Assembly (NCBI GenBank): GCA_036561225.1
Contig: DATBPS010000143.1
Location: 1-61,337 of the forward strand
Direction: 5' to 3'
Length of the DNA: 61,337 nucleotides
From: Terriglobales bacterium
Lineage (GTDB): Bacteria; Acidobacteriota; Terriglobia; Terriglobales; SCQP01
The notes under the pieces were generated by a model. That model was not told where the DNA came from. It was given only the letters and a program-made list of their open reading frames with translations, and searched no databases. Positions 1 to 8,477 of this stretch are shown in pieces. Numbering within the stretch: position 1 is the stretch's first letter; every line of letters starts with the position of its first letter. Position numbers and translations under genes: made by a program.

Positions 1-1
1 C

Positions 2-769
2 ATGCTGGGGGTGCCGGTGATCGAGCACGCCGAGGACCTGCACCTGTCGGCGGGAGGATCGATGCACGCCGGGGCGGTGGCGCTGCGGCTGGGGCTGCGC
101 GGCATCAGCGGGGCCAGCGAGGCGGCGATGGTGGCGCGCGACCTGCTGCTGGCGGAAGAGAGCGGCGCGCATATCCACATTGCCCATCTATCCACCGCCG
201 CTTCCGTGCGCCTGCTGCGCGATGCCCGGGCGCGGGGGGTACGGGCCACGGCCGAAGTCACGCCCCACCATCTGGTGCTGGCGGATGAGGACATGGCGCC
301 CTACGACACCAACTTCAAGATGAACCCGCCGCTGCGCTCGGCCGCCGACCGGGAGGCGGTGCTGGAAGCCCTGGCCGACGGCACGATTGATGCCATCGCC
401 ACCGATCACGCCCCGCATGCGCCGCACGAGAAGCAGCAGGAGTTCGACCGCGCGCCGTTCGGCATTATCGGACTGGAGACGGCCCTGCCGCTGGGTCTGC
501 GGCTGGTGCGGGAAGGGAAGCTGACGCTGACCCGGCTGGTGGAGGCGTTCAGTTGCGCGCCGGCGGGCATCTTTCATCTGCCGGGCGGCAGCCTGGCGCC
601 GGGGAGCCTGGCGGATATCACCGTGTTCGATCCGGCCGAAACCTGGACGTATGAGGCGGCGCGGGGCGAATCCCTGAGCCGCAACTCGCCGTTTGACGGC
701 TGGAAGATGCAGGGGCGCGCCGTTTACACCATCGTCGGCGGGCGGGTGGCGTACTCGCGGCGCGGCTAG
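2..769 (+). CDS. pyrC: dihydroorotase, C-terminal part (gene continues beyond the 5' edge of the window)
   Basis: ORF is open to the window edge. HIAHLST and IDAIATDHAPHAPHEK motifs are typical of amidohydrolase-type dihydroorotase. Confidence 0.85.
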   Translation: MLGVPVIEHAEDLHLSAGGSMHAGAVALRLGLRGISGASEAAMVARDLLLAEESGAHIHIAHLSTAASVRLLRDARARGVRATAEVTPHHLVLADEDMAPYDTNFKMNPPLRSAADREAVLEALADGTIDAIATDHAPHAPHEKQQEFDRAPFGIIGLETALPLGLRLVREGKLTLTRLVEAFSCAPAGIFHLPGGSLAPGSLADITVFDPAETWTYEAARGESLSRNSPFDGWKMQGRAVYTIVGGRVAYSRRG

Positions 770-792
770 GGCCGGCAAAGGGCGGCCGCCAT

Positions 793-3270
793 TCAGCGCG
801 TTTCCCGGAGAACTGCCGCCGGATCCGCGCGGGTGGCCGTGCGGGCGGGGTACATTAAGGCCAGAATCGCCACCCCGACGAACAGCATGGCATAGCCCAG
901 TACGATGGCGGGACTGCCGGCTCCCACGCCGAACAGCAGCGATCTCGAGAGCCGGCCCAGCGCCAGCGCGGCCACGATTCCGGCCACCAGCCCGCCGGCG
1001 ACCGGCAGCAAGCCGGCCCCCAACACGGAGACAAACAAGCGCCTGCGGGTGGCGCCGAGCGCCATGCGAATGCCCAGCTCGCGCCAGCGCTGGCGGACGG
1101 CATAGGCAGCGGCGGCGTAGATGCCGATGCACGCCAACAACGTGGCCAGGGCCGACAGTAATGACAGAAGGATGGCGCCCATGCGCTCCGCCCAGAGCGA
1201 GCCGGCAATCGCGGTGGTTGCGGTTCGCGCCTGCCAGGTGGCGAGCTCGGGGTTGACTTCGGCCACAGCCCGCGTGAGTTCCGGCAGCAGCGCCGCCGGC
1301 GATCCCGAGCTGCGCACCGCCAGCCCTAGCGCGGTTACGGGCTCCTGCGCCAGCGGTAGATAAGCGAAGGTGATCGGACCCTCGGTCAAAGAATCGTAGA
1401 TGCTGTCGTGGACGACGCCGACGACCGTGGTGGGTGCGTCCTCGTCGTGAAAGATGATGCGCTTCCCGAGCGCATCCTGGCCAGGCCAGAGCGTGCGGGC
1501 CATGGTTTGATTGACGATCATGACCCGCGGCGCGCGGGCGTTATCGGTGGGCAAAAAGTCACGCCCGGCGAGCAAGCGGATGCCCATGGTACGAAAGAAG
1601 GAACCGGGCCAAATGGACTCAAGATTGACAATGCGCCAGCCTTGATCGGGGGTCCCAGCCTGTTCAAACAGACGAAAGCCGCGACGCCCGGAGGTGGCGG
1701 CCATGGGTGCGCCGCCGGCCACGGTGGCGGAGACGACGCCGGGGAGTTGGCTCACCCGGTCCAACAGGGCGCGATCCAGGTTGAGCAACCTGCTCTGCGC
1801 GTCCGCCGAGGTTAAGGAAAATCCGGCGCCGGAGGCGTCGAACTGCACGCCGGCAAGGCGGGGGGCGTCGAAGCCGGCACCGGTGGCGCGCAAATGCCGC
1901 AGACTGGCGACGAACAGGCCCGCAAGAATCAGCGCCGTGATGGAAAAAGCCGTTTCACCGCAGAGCAACCAGGCGCGCAGGCGGGCATGGTGTCCGCCAT
2001 CGCCCGAGGGCGTCCGCAAGACCGGCGCCGGGTGGGAACGCGCGGCCAGCAGTGCGGGCGCCAAGCCGGACAGCAGGGTGGTGAACAAGACGAGGCCGGC
2101 GGCAAACCAGGTTACCGGGCCGCCCCAACCAGCCTGAATGGCCGCGCGTTCGACCGCAGCCGGACGGTAGGCCCACAGCGCACGTTGGGCCACGACGGCC
2201 AGGGCCAGACCGGTGGCCCCGGCGGCCAGACCCAAAAGCAGCGATTCGGCGAAGTGCTGGCGCAGCAGCCGGCCGGGCGTGGCGCCCAGCGCCATGCGGA
2301 CCGCGATCTCGTGCCGGCGGCCGTGCACCCGCGCCAGCAGAAGGCCGGACACGTTGGCACAGGCGATGAGCAGCACCAGTCCCACCACGCTCAACAGGAC
2401 GGCAAAAGCGAGCGTGTACAGTTGCCGCTGGTTGGGATCAATGCCGGTCTGCGGCAGCGGCAGCGTGGTGGCGGTGAGGAGGCGGTCGGTCTTGGGGTAT
2501 TCGCGCGCCAGCCGCTCGCCCATCAGGCGGACAGCCACCCGTGCCTGCTCCTGGGTGGCTCCGGGTCGCAGGCGGGCCACCACGCCGAAGAACTGTGCGT
2601 TGCGCGCCAGGTAATTGGAGTCGACAGGGCCGCGCAGCAGCGCGGCATGCATGCTCATCGGCGCCCAAAGGTCGGGCGCTTGCAGCGCGCCGGTGCCGGC
2701 AAAGCCGGCGGGTGCAACGCCGATCACCGTGAAGGTGGAGCCGTTCAAGAGGATGGGCGTACCGAGCACGGCCGGATTCCCTCCGAACTGCCGTTCGAAA
2801 AAATCCTGGCTGAGCACGGCCAGTGCGCCGGCGCCGTCCACACCGGTCTGGGCGGCATGAAAGAGCGCGCCGCGGGCGGCCCGTACTCCCAGAATGTCGA
2901 AATAGCCGCCGCTGACGACATCGGCGATCACCCGCACCGACCGGCCAGGGAGGCCGAGCGCGACCGGGTTCTGGAACAGGGCGTAGGCGCCGCTGAAAAC
3001 CTGCTTTTCGTCCGCGTAATCGAGGAAGTCCAGGTGGGAAACGCGCATGTAGCCCGTGCCCGGCACGGTCGGCGCCAGGTTGTAGACGGCAACCAGGCGA
3101 TCGGGCCGGCGCACCGGCATCTGGTACCGCATCACTGCATGCCAGACCCCGAAGACGGCGGTGGCGCCGCCCATGGCAAGCCCCAGCGACAGTACCGCGG
3201 CCAGGCTCAGCCACGGGCGCTGCAACAGTACCCGCCACGCATGGCCCAGATCGGCGATTGCGGACCGCAT
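793..3270 (-). CDS. ADOP-type duplicated FtsX/MacB-like ABC permease (orphan, no ATPase gene nearby)
   Basis: 825 aa. It has an N-terminal TM helix, a large periplasmic domain and FtsX-like 4-TM blocks present twice. It is a paralog of 18058..20703. Confidence 0.85.
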   Translation of the reverse strand: MRSAIADLGHAWRVLLQRPWLSLAAVLSLGLAMGGATAVFGVWHAVMRYQMPVRRPDRLVAVYNLAPTVPGTGYMRVSHLDFLDYADEKQVFSGAYALFQNPVALGLPGRSVRVIADVVSGGYFDILGVRAARGALFHAAQTGVDGAGALAVLSQDFFERQFGGNPAVLGTPILLNGSTFTVIGVAPAGFAGTGALQAPDLWAPMSMHAALLRGPVDSNYLARNAQFFGVVARLRPGATQEQARVAVRLMGERLAREYPKTDRLLTATTLPLPQTGIDPNQRQLYTLAFAVLLSVVGLVLLIACANVSGLLLARVHGRRHEIAVRMALGATPGRLLRQHFAESLLLGLAAGATGLALAVVAQRALWAYRPAAVERAAIQAGWGGPVTWFAAGLVLFTTLLSGLAPALLAARSHPAPVLRTPSGDGGHHARLRAWLLCGETAFSITALILAGLFVASLRHLRATGAGFDAPRLAGVQFDASGAGFSLTSADAQSRLLNLDRALLDRVSQLPGVVSATVAGGAPMAATSGRRGFRLFEQAGTPDQGWRIVNLESIWPGSFFRTMGIRLLAGRDFLPTDNARAPRVMIVNQTMARTLWPGQDALGKRIIFHDEDAPTTVVGVVHDSIYDSLTEGPITFAYLPLAQEPVTALGLAVRSSGSPAALLPELTRAVAEVNPELATWQARTATTAIAGSLWAERMGAILLSLLSALATLLACIGIYAAAAYAVRQRWRELGIRMALGATRRRLFVSVLGAGLLPVAGGLVAGIVAALALGRLSRSLLFGVGAGSPAIVLGYAMLFVGVAILALMYPARTATRADPAAVLRETR

Positions 3271-3326
3271 GCCGCTCAGTCTACCCCTTCCCGCCGGATG
3301 GACTGCGGGATGTGGGGCCGCCGGGG

Positions 3327-3689
3327 CTACGTCACCGGTATTTTCAAGTCCAGGCGGACGTCGGGGGCGTTGGAGTACTGCGAGGCGGTGCGGGCGGGAC
3401 TTTTATGGCCCTGCCACTGCGCGACCAACTGATAGCTCACCCGCGGCTGCAGATCGTGGAAGGCAAAAGCGCCCTGGGCGTCGGAGATGGCCGCCTCCTG
3501 CGCCTTGCTGCTGAGGTTGGTGCAGGTGACGATGGCCGAGGGAACGGGGCGGTTGAGGGCATCGAGTACCAGGCCGTGGACGCTCCTTCCGAGCTGCGGC
3601 TGCTGGCCGAGCGCGGCGGTCAGCGCCAGCAGCCCAGCCAACAGCAACCAGGCGGCGCGGCGGCTACTCTGCGTCCTCGCCCTCGTCAC
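3327..3689 (-). CDS. small secreted carboxypeptidase-regulatory-like (CarboxypepD_reg) domain protein; start uncertain
   Basis: Signal-like RRAAWLLLAGLLALTAALGQQ is followed by HGLVLDALNRPVPSAIVTCTN...SDAQGAFAFHDL. The in-frame ATGs lie in the antisense of the neighbouring acidic tail, so GTG at 3689 is proposed. Confidence 0.5.
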   Translation of the reverse strand: MTRARTQSSRRAAWLLLAGLLALTAALGQQPQLGRSVHGLVLDALNRPVPSAIVTCTNLSSKAQEAAISDAQGAFAFHDLQPRVSYQLVAQWQGHKSPARTASQYSNAPDVRLDLKIPVT

Positions 3690-3960
3690 GCCCGAAGTCG
3701 TCGTCTTCGTCGTCGTAGCCGTCTTCTTCCTCGTCGTCCTCGTCTTCGTCCTCATCATCCTCGTCGAGATCCTCGTCGTCCTCGACGTCTTCGTCTTCGA
3801 GGTCGTCATCCTCATCGCCGCCCAGGCGCTCCAGTTGGAGCGGGTTCACGTTGACCACTTCCATGCGCACTCCACACCCATCACAGTTCAACACGCCGCC
3901 CTCCTGCAGTTGATCTTCGTCCAGGTCCATACTTGCTTCGCAAGCGGGGCAATACACCAT
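3664..3960 (-). CDS. LysW/ArgW-like zinc-ribbon protein with a very long polyacidic C-terminal tail
   Basis: MVYCPACEA...NCDGCGVRMEVVNVNPLQLE is followed by about 50 D/E residues ending DEGEDAE. The ATG is at residue 100 of track ORF 3664..4257. Confidence 0.6.
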   Translation of the reverse strand: MVYCPACEASMDLDEDQLQEGGVLNCDGCGVRMEVVNVNPLQLERLGGDEDDDLEDEDVEDDEDLDEDDEDEDEDDEEEDGYDDEDDDFGRDEGEDAE

Positions 3961-4042
3961 TGCGTCCTCCCGGCACAGGTGGGGTTGCCACTTCCCCTGC
4001 CTACGATTAAGATACACAGGTTCAGAGCGGAACGGAGGCGAG

Positions 4043-5590
4043 ATGCTAAAAACGCAAACGGCGGCTGTGGGACTGGGACTGATGCTGGCATGGCTGGCGC
4101 CGGGCGCCGGCGCCCAGCAGAGGGCGGCGGCCGCGGAAGCGCCGCAGGCGGCGGTCTTCCCGGTCACTGAATTACACGCCCGTCCGCGTCCCCACGATGC
4201 GCGCCTGCGGCAGATTCTGAGCTCGCCCTCGCCGGCGCGCATCAAGGCCCTGGACAATACCCTGATCGGGTTTGGGACGCGGGTTTCGACCTCCGACTAC
4301 CATCCCGGCGGTCCCGACGATCCGGGCTCGACCACCGAGAGCACGGCCACCCGCGGCGTGGTGCCCGCCCGCAAATGGATCGCCTCGCAGTTTGAGCAAA
4401 TCTCACGGGAGACGGGCGGACGGTTGCAGGTCCGCATTGACACGTTCAAGGTTCCCAAGCAGCGCCGTGTACCCGAGGACCAGACCATGAGCAACGTGGT
4501 CGCCACCCTGCCGGGCACCGACCCCAACGACAAGCGTATTTTTGTCATCAGCGGGCATTACGATTCGATCCCCGCCGATTTCAAGCTGGACGCCCCCGGG
4601 GCCAATGACGACGCCAGTGGGACCATCATCTCGATGGAGAGCGCCCGCGCCCTGGCCCGCTACCAGTTTCCCGCCACCATCGAATTCATGGCGGTGGAAG
4701 GCGAGGAGCAGGGTTTGATAGGGAGCAAGCACGAGGCCGACACCGACAAGGCCAAGGGTCTGGACATCGTCGCCATGCTCAACAACGACATGGACGGCGG
4801 CGATCAGACACCCGGTTACGAAAACCGCAATGTGGTGCGGGTCTACAGCCAGGGCGTGCCGGCCAACGCCACCCCGGAGGAGCTGCGGTTTATCGCCGCC
4901 AACGCCTTTGAGAACGATTCCCCCTCGCGCGAGGTGGCCCGCTTCGCGGCGGAAGTGGCGGGCATGTACCTGCCCCACTTCGAGGTGCTGCTGGAGTTTC
5001 GTCCCGATCGCTTCCAGCGTGGTGGAGACCATGAGTCCTTTGTCAACGCCGGCTATCCAGCGGTGCGCTTCAGCGAGTTCCGGGAGAACTCCAACCATCA
5101 GCACGTGCCGCTGAGCGTCAACGCCGAAGGCGTGGAGATGGGGGACCGGGGCCAATGGATCAGCCCCACCTATATCGCCAACGAGGTGCGGGTGAATGCG
5201 CTGACGCTGGCCAGCCTGGCGGCTTCGCCGCTGCCGCCGGAGCATGTGTATTTCCAGGGCGGGCAGCAGATCGGCACCAAGGTGGATTGGTCGCCGGTGG
5301 CGGGCGCGGCCGGCTACCGCCTGCTGCTGCGGGCCACGGCTTCGCCCAACTGGACGCTGCGCATCGCCGCTCCGCCGGTGCCGGCGCCGCCACCGGCGCC
5401 ACGGGCGGGAGCGCCGGCGCCGGAGACGCCGGCCGAGCCGATGTACCAGATCACCATTCCGCAGTCACCCGACAACTACATCATCGCGGTGGTGTCGGTG
5501 GACAAGGACGGACATGAGAGCCTGCCGCGGCTGGGGACCACGCGGCCCTTCCGGCGGCCGGCGGCAGCCGCCGGCCGGGGCGGTCATTAG
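4043..5590 (+). CDS. secreted M28 family metallopeptidase (aminopeptidase) with C-terminal Fn3-like region
   Basis: Signal peptide MLKTQTAAVGLGLMLAWLAPGAGAQQ. GANDDASGT and EGEEQGLIGS are zinc-ligand motifs of family M28. Confidence 0.85.
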   Translation: MLKTQTAAVGLGLMLAWLAPGAGAQQRAAAAEAPQAAVFPVTELHARPRPHDARLRQILSSPSPARIKALDNTLIGFGTRVSTSDYHPGGPDDPGSTTESTATRGVVPARKWIASQFEQISRETGGRLQVRIDTFKVPKQRRVPEDQTMSNVVATLPGTDPNDKRIFVISGHYDSIPADFKLDAPGANDDASGTIISMESARALARYQFPATIEFMAVEGEEQGLIGSKHEADTDKAKGLDIVAMLNNDMDGGDQTPGYENRNVVRVYSQGVPANATPEELRFIAANAFENDSPSREVARFAAEVAGMYLPHFEVLLEFRPDRFQRGGDHESFVNAGYPAVRFSEFRENSNHQHVPLSVNAEGVEMGDRGQWISPTYIANEVRVNALTLASLAASPLPPEHVYFQGGQQIGTKVDWSPVAGAAGYRLLLRATASPNWTLRIAAPPVPAPPPAPRAGAPAPETPAEPMYQITIPQSPDNYIIAVVSVDKDGHESLPRLGTTRPFRRPAAAAGRGGH

Positions 5591-5604
5591 GAGGCGGGCG
5601 GCAT

Positions 5605-5700
5605 TCAAAAAACGATCTTGCCCCCTGTTGCCAGGGCAACTCGGGCTCTGCCGCCAGCTGAGCCGCCCGGACGGCGGTGTTGGGAGTCAAGCAGGATCAA
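5605..5700 (-). pseudogene. possible truncated PIN (VapC-like) toxin remnant, 31 codons
   Basis: A TTG overlaps the antitoxin stop codon. The frame reads (M)ILLDSQH..., like the MILLDTN start of PIN toxins, then stops after 31 codons. Similarity covers only about 6 residues. Confidence 0.2.
5606..5640 (-). terminator. candidate intrinsic terminator after the antitoxin gene
   Basis: On the minus strand UUGCCCUG-GCAA-CAGGG(GG)CAA forms a hairpin, followed by GAUCGUUUUUUG. Confidence 0.4.
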
Positions 5701-5939
5701 TCCGGGTCCCACTCATCTTCAGGGATGATCGGAGCCAGCAAGTCGCCGACGATTTCGAACTTTCCCTTCAGGCGATCCAGAAAGGGCTCTGGCTTGGCCG
5801 GTCTCTCTACCGGCATCAGACGGGCCACCGGCTTGCGGTGTTTGGTGATGACCAGCGGCTGGCGGGTGGCGGCCACCTCATCCATCGGCCGCAGGCACTC
5901 GGCCTTGAACTTCGAGGCGGCGATGGTGCGCGGCTTCAT
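5697..5939 (-). CDS. Phd/YefM-type (prevent-host-death family) antitoxin
   Basis: 80 aa. MKPRTIAASKFKAECLRPMDEVAATRQPLVITKHRKPVARLMP matches the antitoxin N-terminal fold pattern. Confidence 0.75.
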   Translation of the reverse strand: MKPRTIAASKFKAECLRPMDEVAATRQPLVITKHRKPVARLMPVERPAKPEPFLDRLKGKFEIVGDLLAPIIPEDEWDPD

Positions 5940-5955
5940 ATGGGGTCACCTTATC

Positions 5956-6396
5956 ATGACCAGTATGCGGGAATACCCAACCGGGCCGGTGGTGGGAGTA
6001 GGGGTGGTGGTGGAGCGGAGCGACGGCGCCATGCTGCTGGTGGAGCGCGGGGCGCCGCCGCTCGAGGGGTACTGGAGCGTGCCCGGGGGCAAGGTCGAGC
6101 TGGGGGAGACGACGGCGGCGGCGGCGGTGCGGGAGGTGAGGGAAGAGACGGGGGTTGAGGTGGCCGTCGAGCGGCTGCTGACCGTGGTGGACCGGATCGT
6201 GCCCGCGGCCGACGGGCGGGTGCAGTATCACTACGTGCTCATCGAGTACCTGGCGCGGCCGACCGATCCGGCAGCGGTGGCGCGGGCGGCGAGCGACGCA
6301 CGGCAGGCGAGGTGGATGGCGCGCGGCGAGGTGGGCCAACTGCGGCTGGTGCCGGGCCTGGAGGCGGTGCTGGGCCTGGTTTCCCCGGTGTTATAA
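5956..6396 (+). CDS. NUDIX hydrolase
   Basis: Nudix box GGKVELGETTAAAAVREVREETG. The ATG (MTSMREYP) is at residue 94 of track ORF 5677..6396. Confidence 0.85.
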   Translation: MTSMREYPTGPVVGVGVVVERSDGAMLLVERGAPPLEGYWSVPGGKVELGETTAAAAVREVREETGVEVAVERLLTVVDRIVPAADGRVQYHYVLIEYLARPTDPAAVARAASDARQARWMARGEVGQLRLVPGLEAVLGLVSPVL

Positions 6397-6410
6397 TTGG
6401 TTCTCCCACT

Positions 6411-7151
6411 ATGTCCGGACACTCCAAATGGGCGACGATCAAGCATAAGAAGGCGGCCACCGACGCCAAGCGCGGCAAGATTTTCACCCGCCTGATCAAG
6501 GAGATCGCCATCGCCGCCCGCGCCGGCGGGGGCGAGGTGGACAGCAACCCGCGCCTGCGGACCGCGGTGCTGGCCGCCAAGGCGGAGAACATGCCCGCCG
6601 ACAACATCAAGCGCGCCATTCAGCGCGGCACGGGCGAGCTGCCGGGGGTGATGTACGAGGAGTTCTCCCTGGAGGGCTACGGTCCCGGCGGGGCGGCGGT
6701 GCTGATGGATATCACCACCGACAACCGCAACCGGACGGTGAGCGAGATCCGCCATCTGATGAGCAAGAACCACGGCAACATGGGCGAAGCCGGATGCGTG
6801 GCCTGGATGTTCAAGAAGCGGGGCACCATTTCGGTCGCCAAGGCGGCCGCGGCCGAGGATCAGCTCATGGACCTGGTGCTGGAGGCGGGCGCCGACGACC
6901 TGCGCGATGATGGCGAGAGCTGGGAAGTGCTGACCGCGCCGGATGCCTATGAGACGGTTCTGCAGGCGGTGAAGGGCGCCAAGATCGAGCCCGAAAACGC
7001 CGAAGTGGCCATGGTGCCGCAAAACTACGTCAAGCTCGAGGGCAAGGAAGCCGAGCAAATGATCAAGCTGCTGGAAGCGCTCGACGAGAGCGACGACGTC
7101 ACCCATGTCTACTCCAACTTCGACATGGATGCGGAACTGATCCAGAGCTAA
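6411..7151 (+). CDS. yebC: YebC/PmpR family DNA-binding transcriptional regulator
   Basis: MSGHSKWATIKHKKAATDAKRGKIFTRLIKEI is the hallmark N-terminus. Confidence 0.93.
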   Translation: MSGHSKWATIKHKKAATDAKRGKIFTRLIKEIAIAARAGGGEVDSNPRLRTAVLAAKAENMPADNIKRAIQRGTGELPGVMYEEFSLEGYGPGGAAVLMDITTDNRNRTVSEIRHLMSKNHGNMGEAGCVAWMFKKRGTISVAKAAAAEDQLMDLVLEAGADDLRDDGESWEVLTAPDAYETVLQAVKGAKIEPENAEVAMVPQNYVKLEGKEAEQMIKLLEALDESDDVTHVYSNFDMDAELIQS

Positions 7152-8317
7152 TACCTGGCGGTGGTGGGATCGACCTCGTCGGCCCAGGCGAGGATGCCGC
7201 CATGCAAATTGCGCACATCGGGGAAGCCGTGATCACGCAGCAGGTGCGCCGCCTTGAGCGAACGCACGCCGCTGCGGCACTGGGCGACGATGCGGCGGGA
7301 CTTGTCGAGCTCGCCGAGGCGGTCGGGCAACTGGCCGAGCGGGATGAAGACGGCGCCGGGGATGCGGGCAATTTCGATCTCGTGCGGTTCGCGCACGTCC
7401 AGCAACAGCGGCGGCTGGGCGCTCTGCAGTTCGCGGCTGAGTTCGAGGGCGGTGATCACGGGGATGGGCGCCCCTTCGGTTTCGGGTTTCTTTTCTTCGC
7501 CCCGCAGGCCACAGAACTGCTGATAGTCGATCAGCGCGTGGATGGTGGGATGCGGTCCGCAGATGGGGCACTCCGGGTTTTTGCGCAGCTTCAGCTCGCG
7601 GAAGCGCATGGCCAGGGCGTCGAACAACAACACACGACTTTGGAGCGGTTGCCCCAGGCCGGTGATCAGCTTGATGGCCTCGGTGGCCTGGATCATGCCC
7701 ATCAGGCCGGGCAGCACGCCCAGCACGCCGCCCTCGGCGCAACTGGGCACCAGGCCGGGCGGGGGCGGTTCGGGGTACCAGCAGCGGTAGCAGGGGCCGT
7801 CGGGGAGGGCCAGCACGGACGCCTGGCCTTCAAAGCGGTAGATGCTGGCGTAGACGTTGGGAATGCCGCTCAGCACGCAGGCATCGTTGACCAGATAGCG
7901 GGTGGGGAAGTTGTCGGTGCCGTCAATCACCAGGTCGTAGCCGCGGAATATCTCCAGCGCGTTGGAGCTGTCCAGGCGGGTCTCGTAGCCGACCACCTCC
8001 AGGCCGGGGTTGATGGCCTTCAGGCTCTCGGTGGCGGAGACCAGCTTGGAGCGGCCGACATCACTGGTGGCATGGATCACCTGACGCTGCAGGTTGGTGA
8101 AGTCCACCACGTCAAAGTCCACAATGCCGATGGTGCCCACGCCGGCCGCCGCCAGGTAGAGACCGACGGGTGAGCCCAGACCGCCGGCGCCGATGGTGAG
8201 CACGCGGGCGGCTTTCAGCTTGCGCTGGCCCTCCATCCCCACCTCGGGGATGATCAGTTGGCGGCTGTAGCGCAGGATTTCATCGTTGGTCAAAGCAGGT
8301 AACGAAGCGGTCGCCAT
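7148..8317 (-). CDS. ThiF/MoeB-type E1-like adenylyltransferase fused to a C-terminal rhodanese domain (MoeZ-like adenylyltransferase/sulfurtransferase)
   Basis: YSRQLIIPEVGMEGQRKLKAARVLTIGAGGLGSP nucleotide-binding motif, CxxC pairs, and a C-terminal rhodanese loop AQCRSGVRS. Confidence 0.88.
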   Translation of the reverse strand: MATASLPALTNDEILRYSRQLIIPEVGMEGQRKLKAARVLTIGAGGLGSPVGLYLAAAGVGTIGIVDFDVVDFTNLQRQVIHATSDVGRSKLVSATESLKAINPGLEVVGYETRLDSSNALEIFRGYDLVIDGTDNFPTRYLVNDACVLSGIPNVYASIYRFEGQASVLALPDGPCYRCWYPEPPPPGLVPSCAEGGVLGVLPGLMGMIQATEAIKLITGLGQPLQSRVLLFDALAMRFRELKLRKNPECPICGPHPTIHALIDYQQFCGLRGEEKKPETEGAPIPVITALELSRELQSAQPPLLLDVREPHEIEIARIPGAVFIPLGQLPDRLGELDKSRRIVAQCRSGVRSLKAAHLLRDHGFPDVRNLHGGILAWADEVDPTTARY

Positions 8318-8477
8318 GGGAAAACACCTTTTCCGGCCGCCGGGGCCGGGATCAAGCCAAGTTTGAAGGGAAGGGGAAACGCGCGCGGGAGCGGGCGTCT
8401 AACATCGCCCGGCGGAGTCGCCGGGCCGGCGCATGGATAGGGAGGTGCGCGTCATGGTCCGAGGCCAGTATAACAAA

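Noticed and set aside
1894-3432. 512-aa ORF on the plus strand, and other 100-300 aa ORFs across 188..3514
   Set aside because: All overlap pyrC or the 793..3270 permease in other frames or on the other strand. They have Arg/Gly/Pro-rich composition and no motifs.
3690-3815. K/T/R-rich N-terminal extension (MRMTTSKTKTSRTTR...) of ORF 3327..3815
   Set aside because: It is simply the reverse-frame reading of the GAx-rich DNA that encodes the polyacidic tail of the LysW-like gene.
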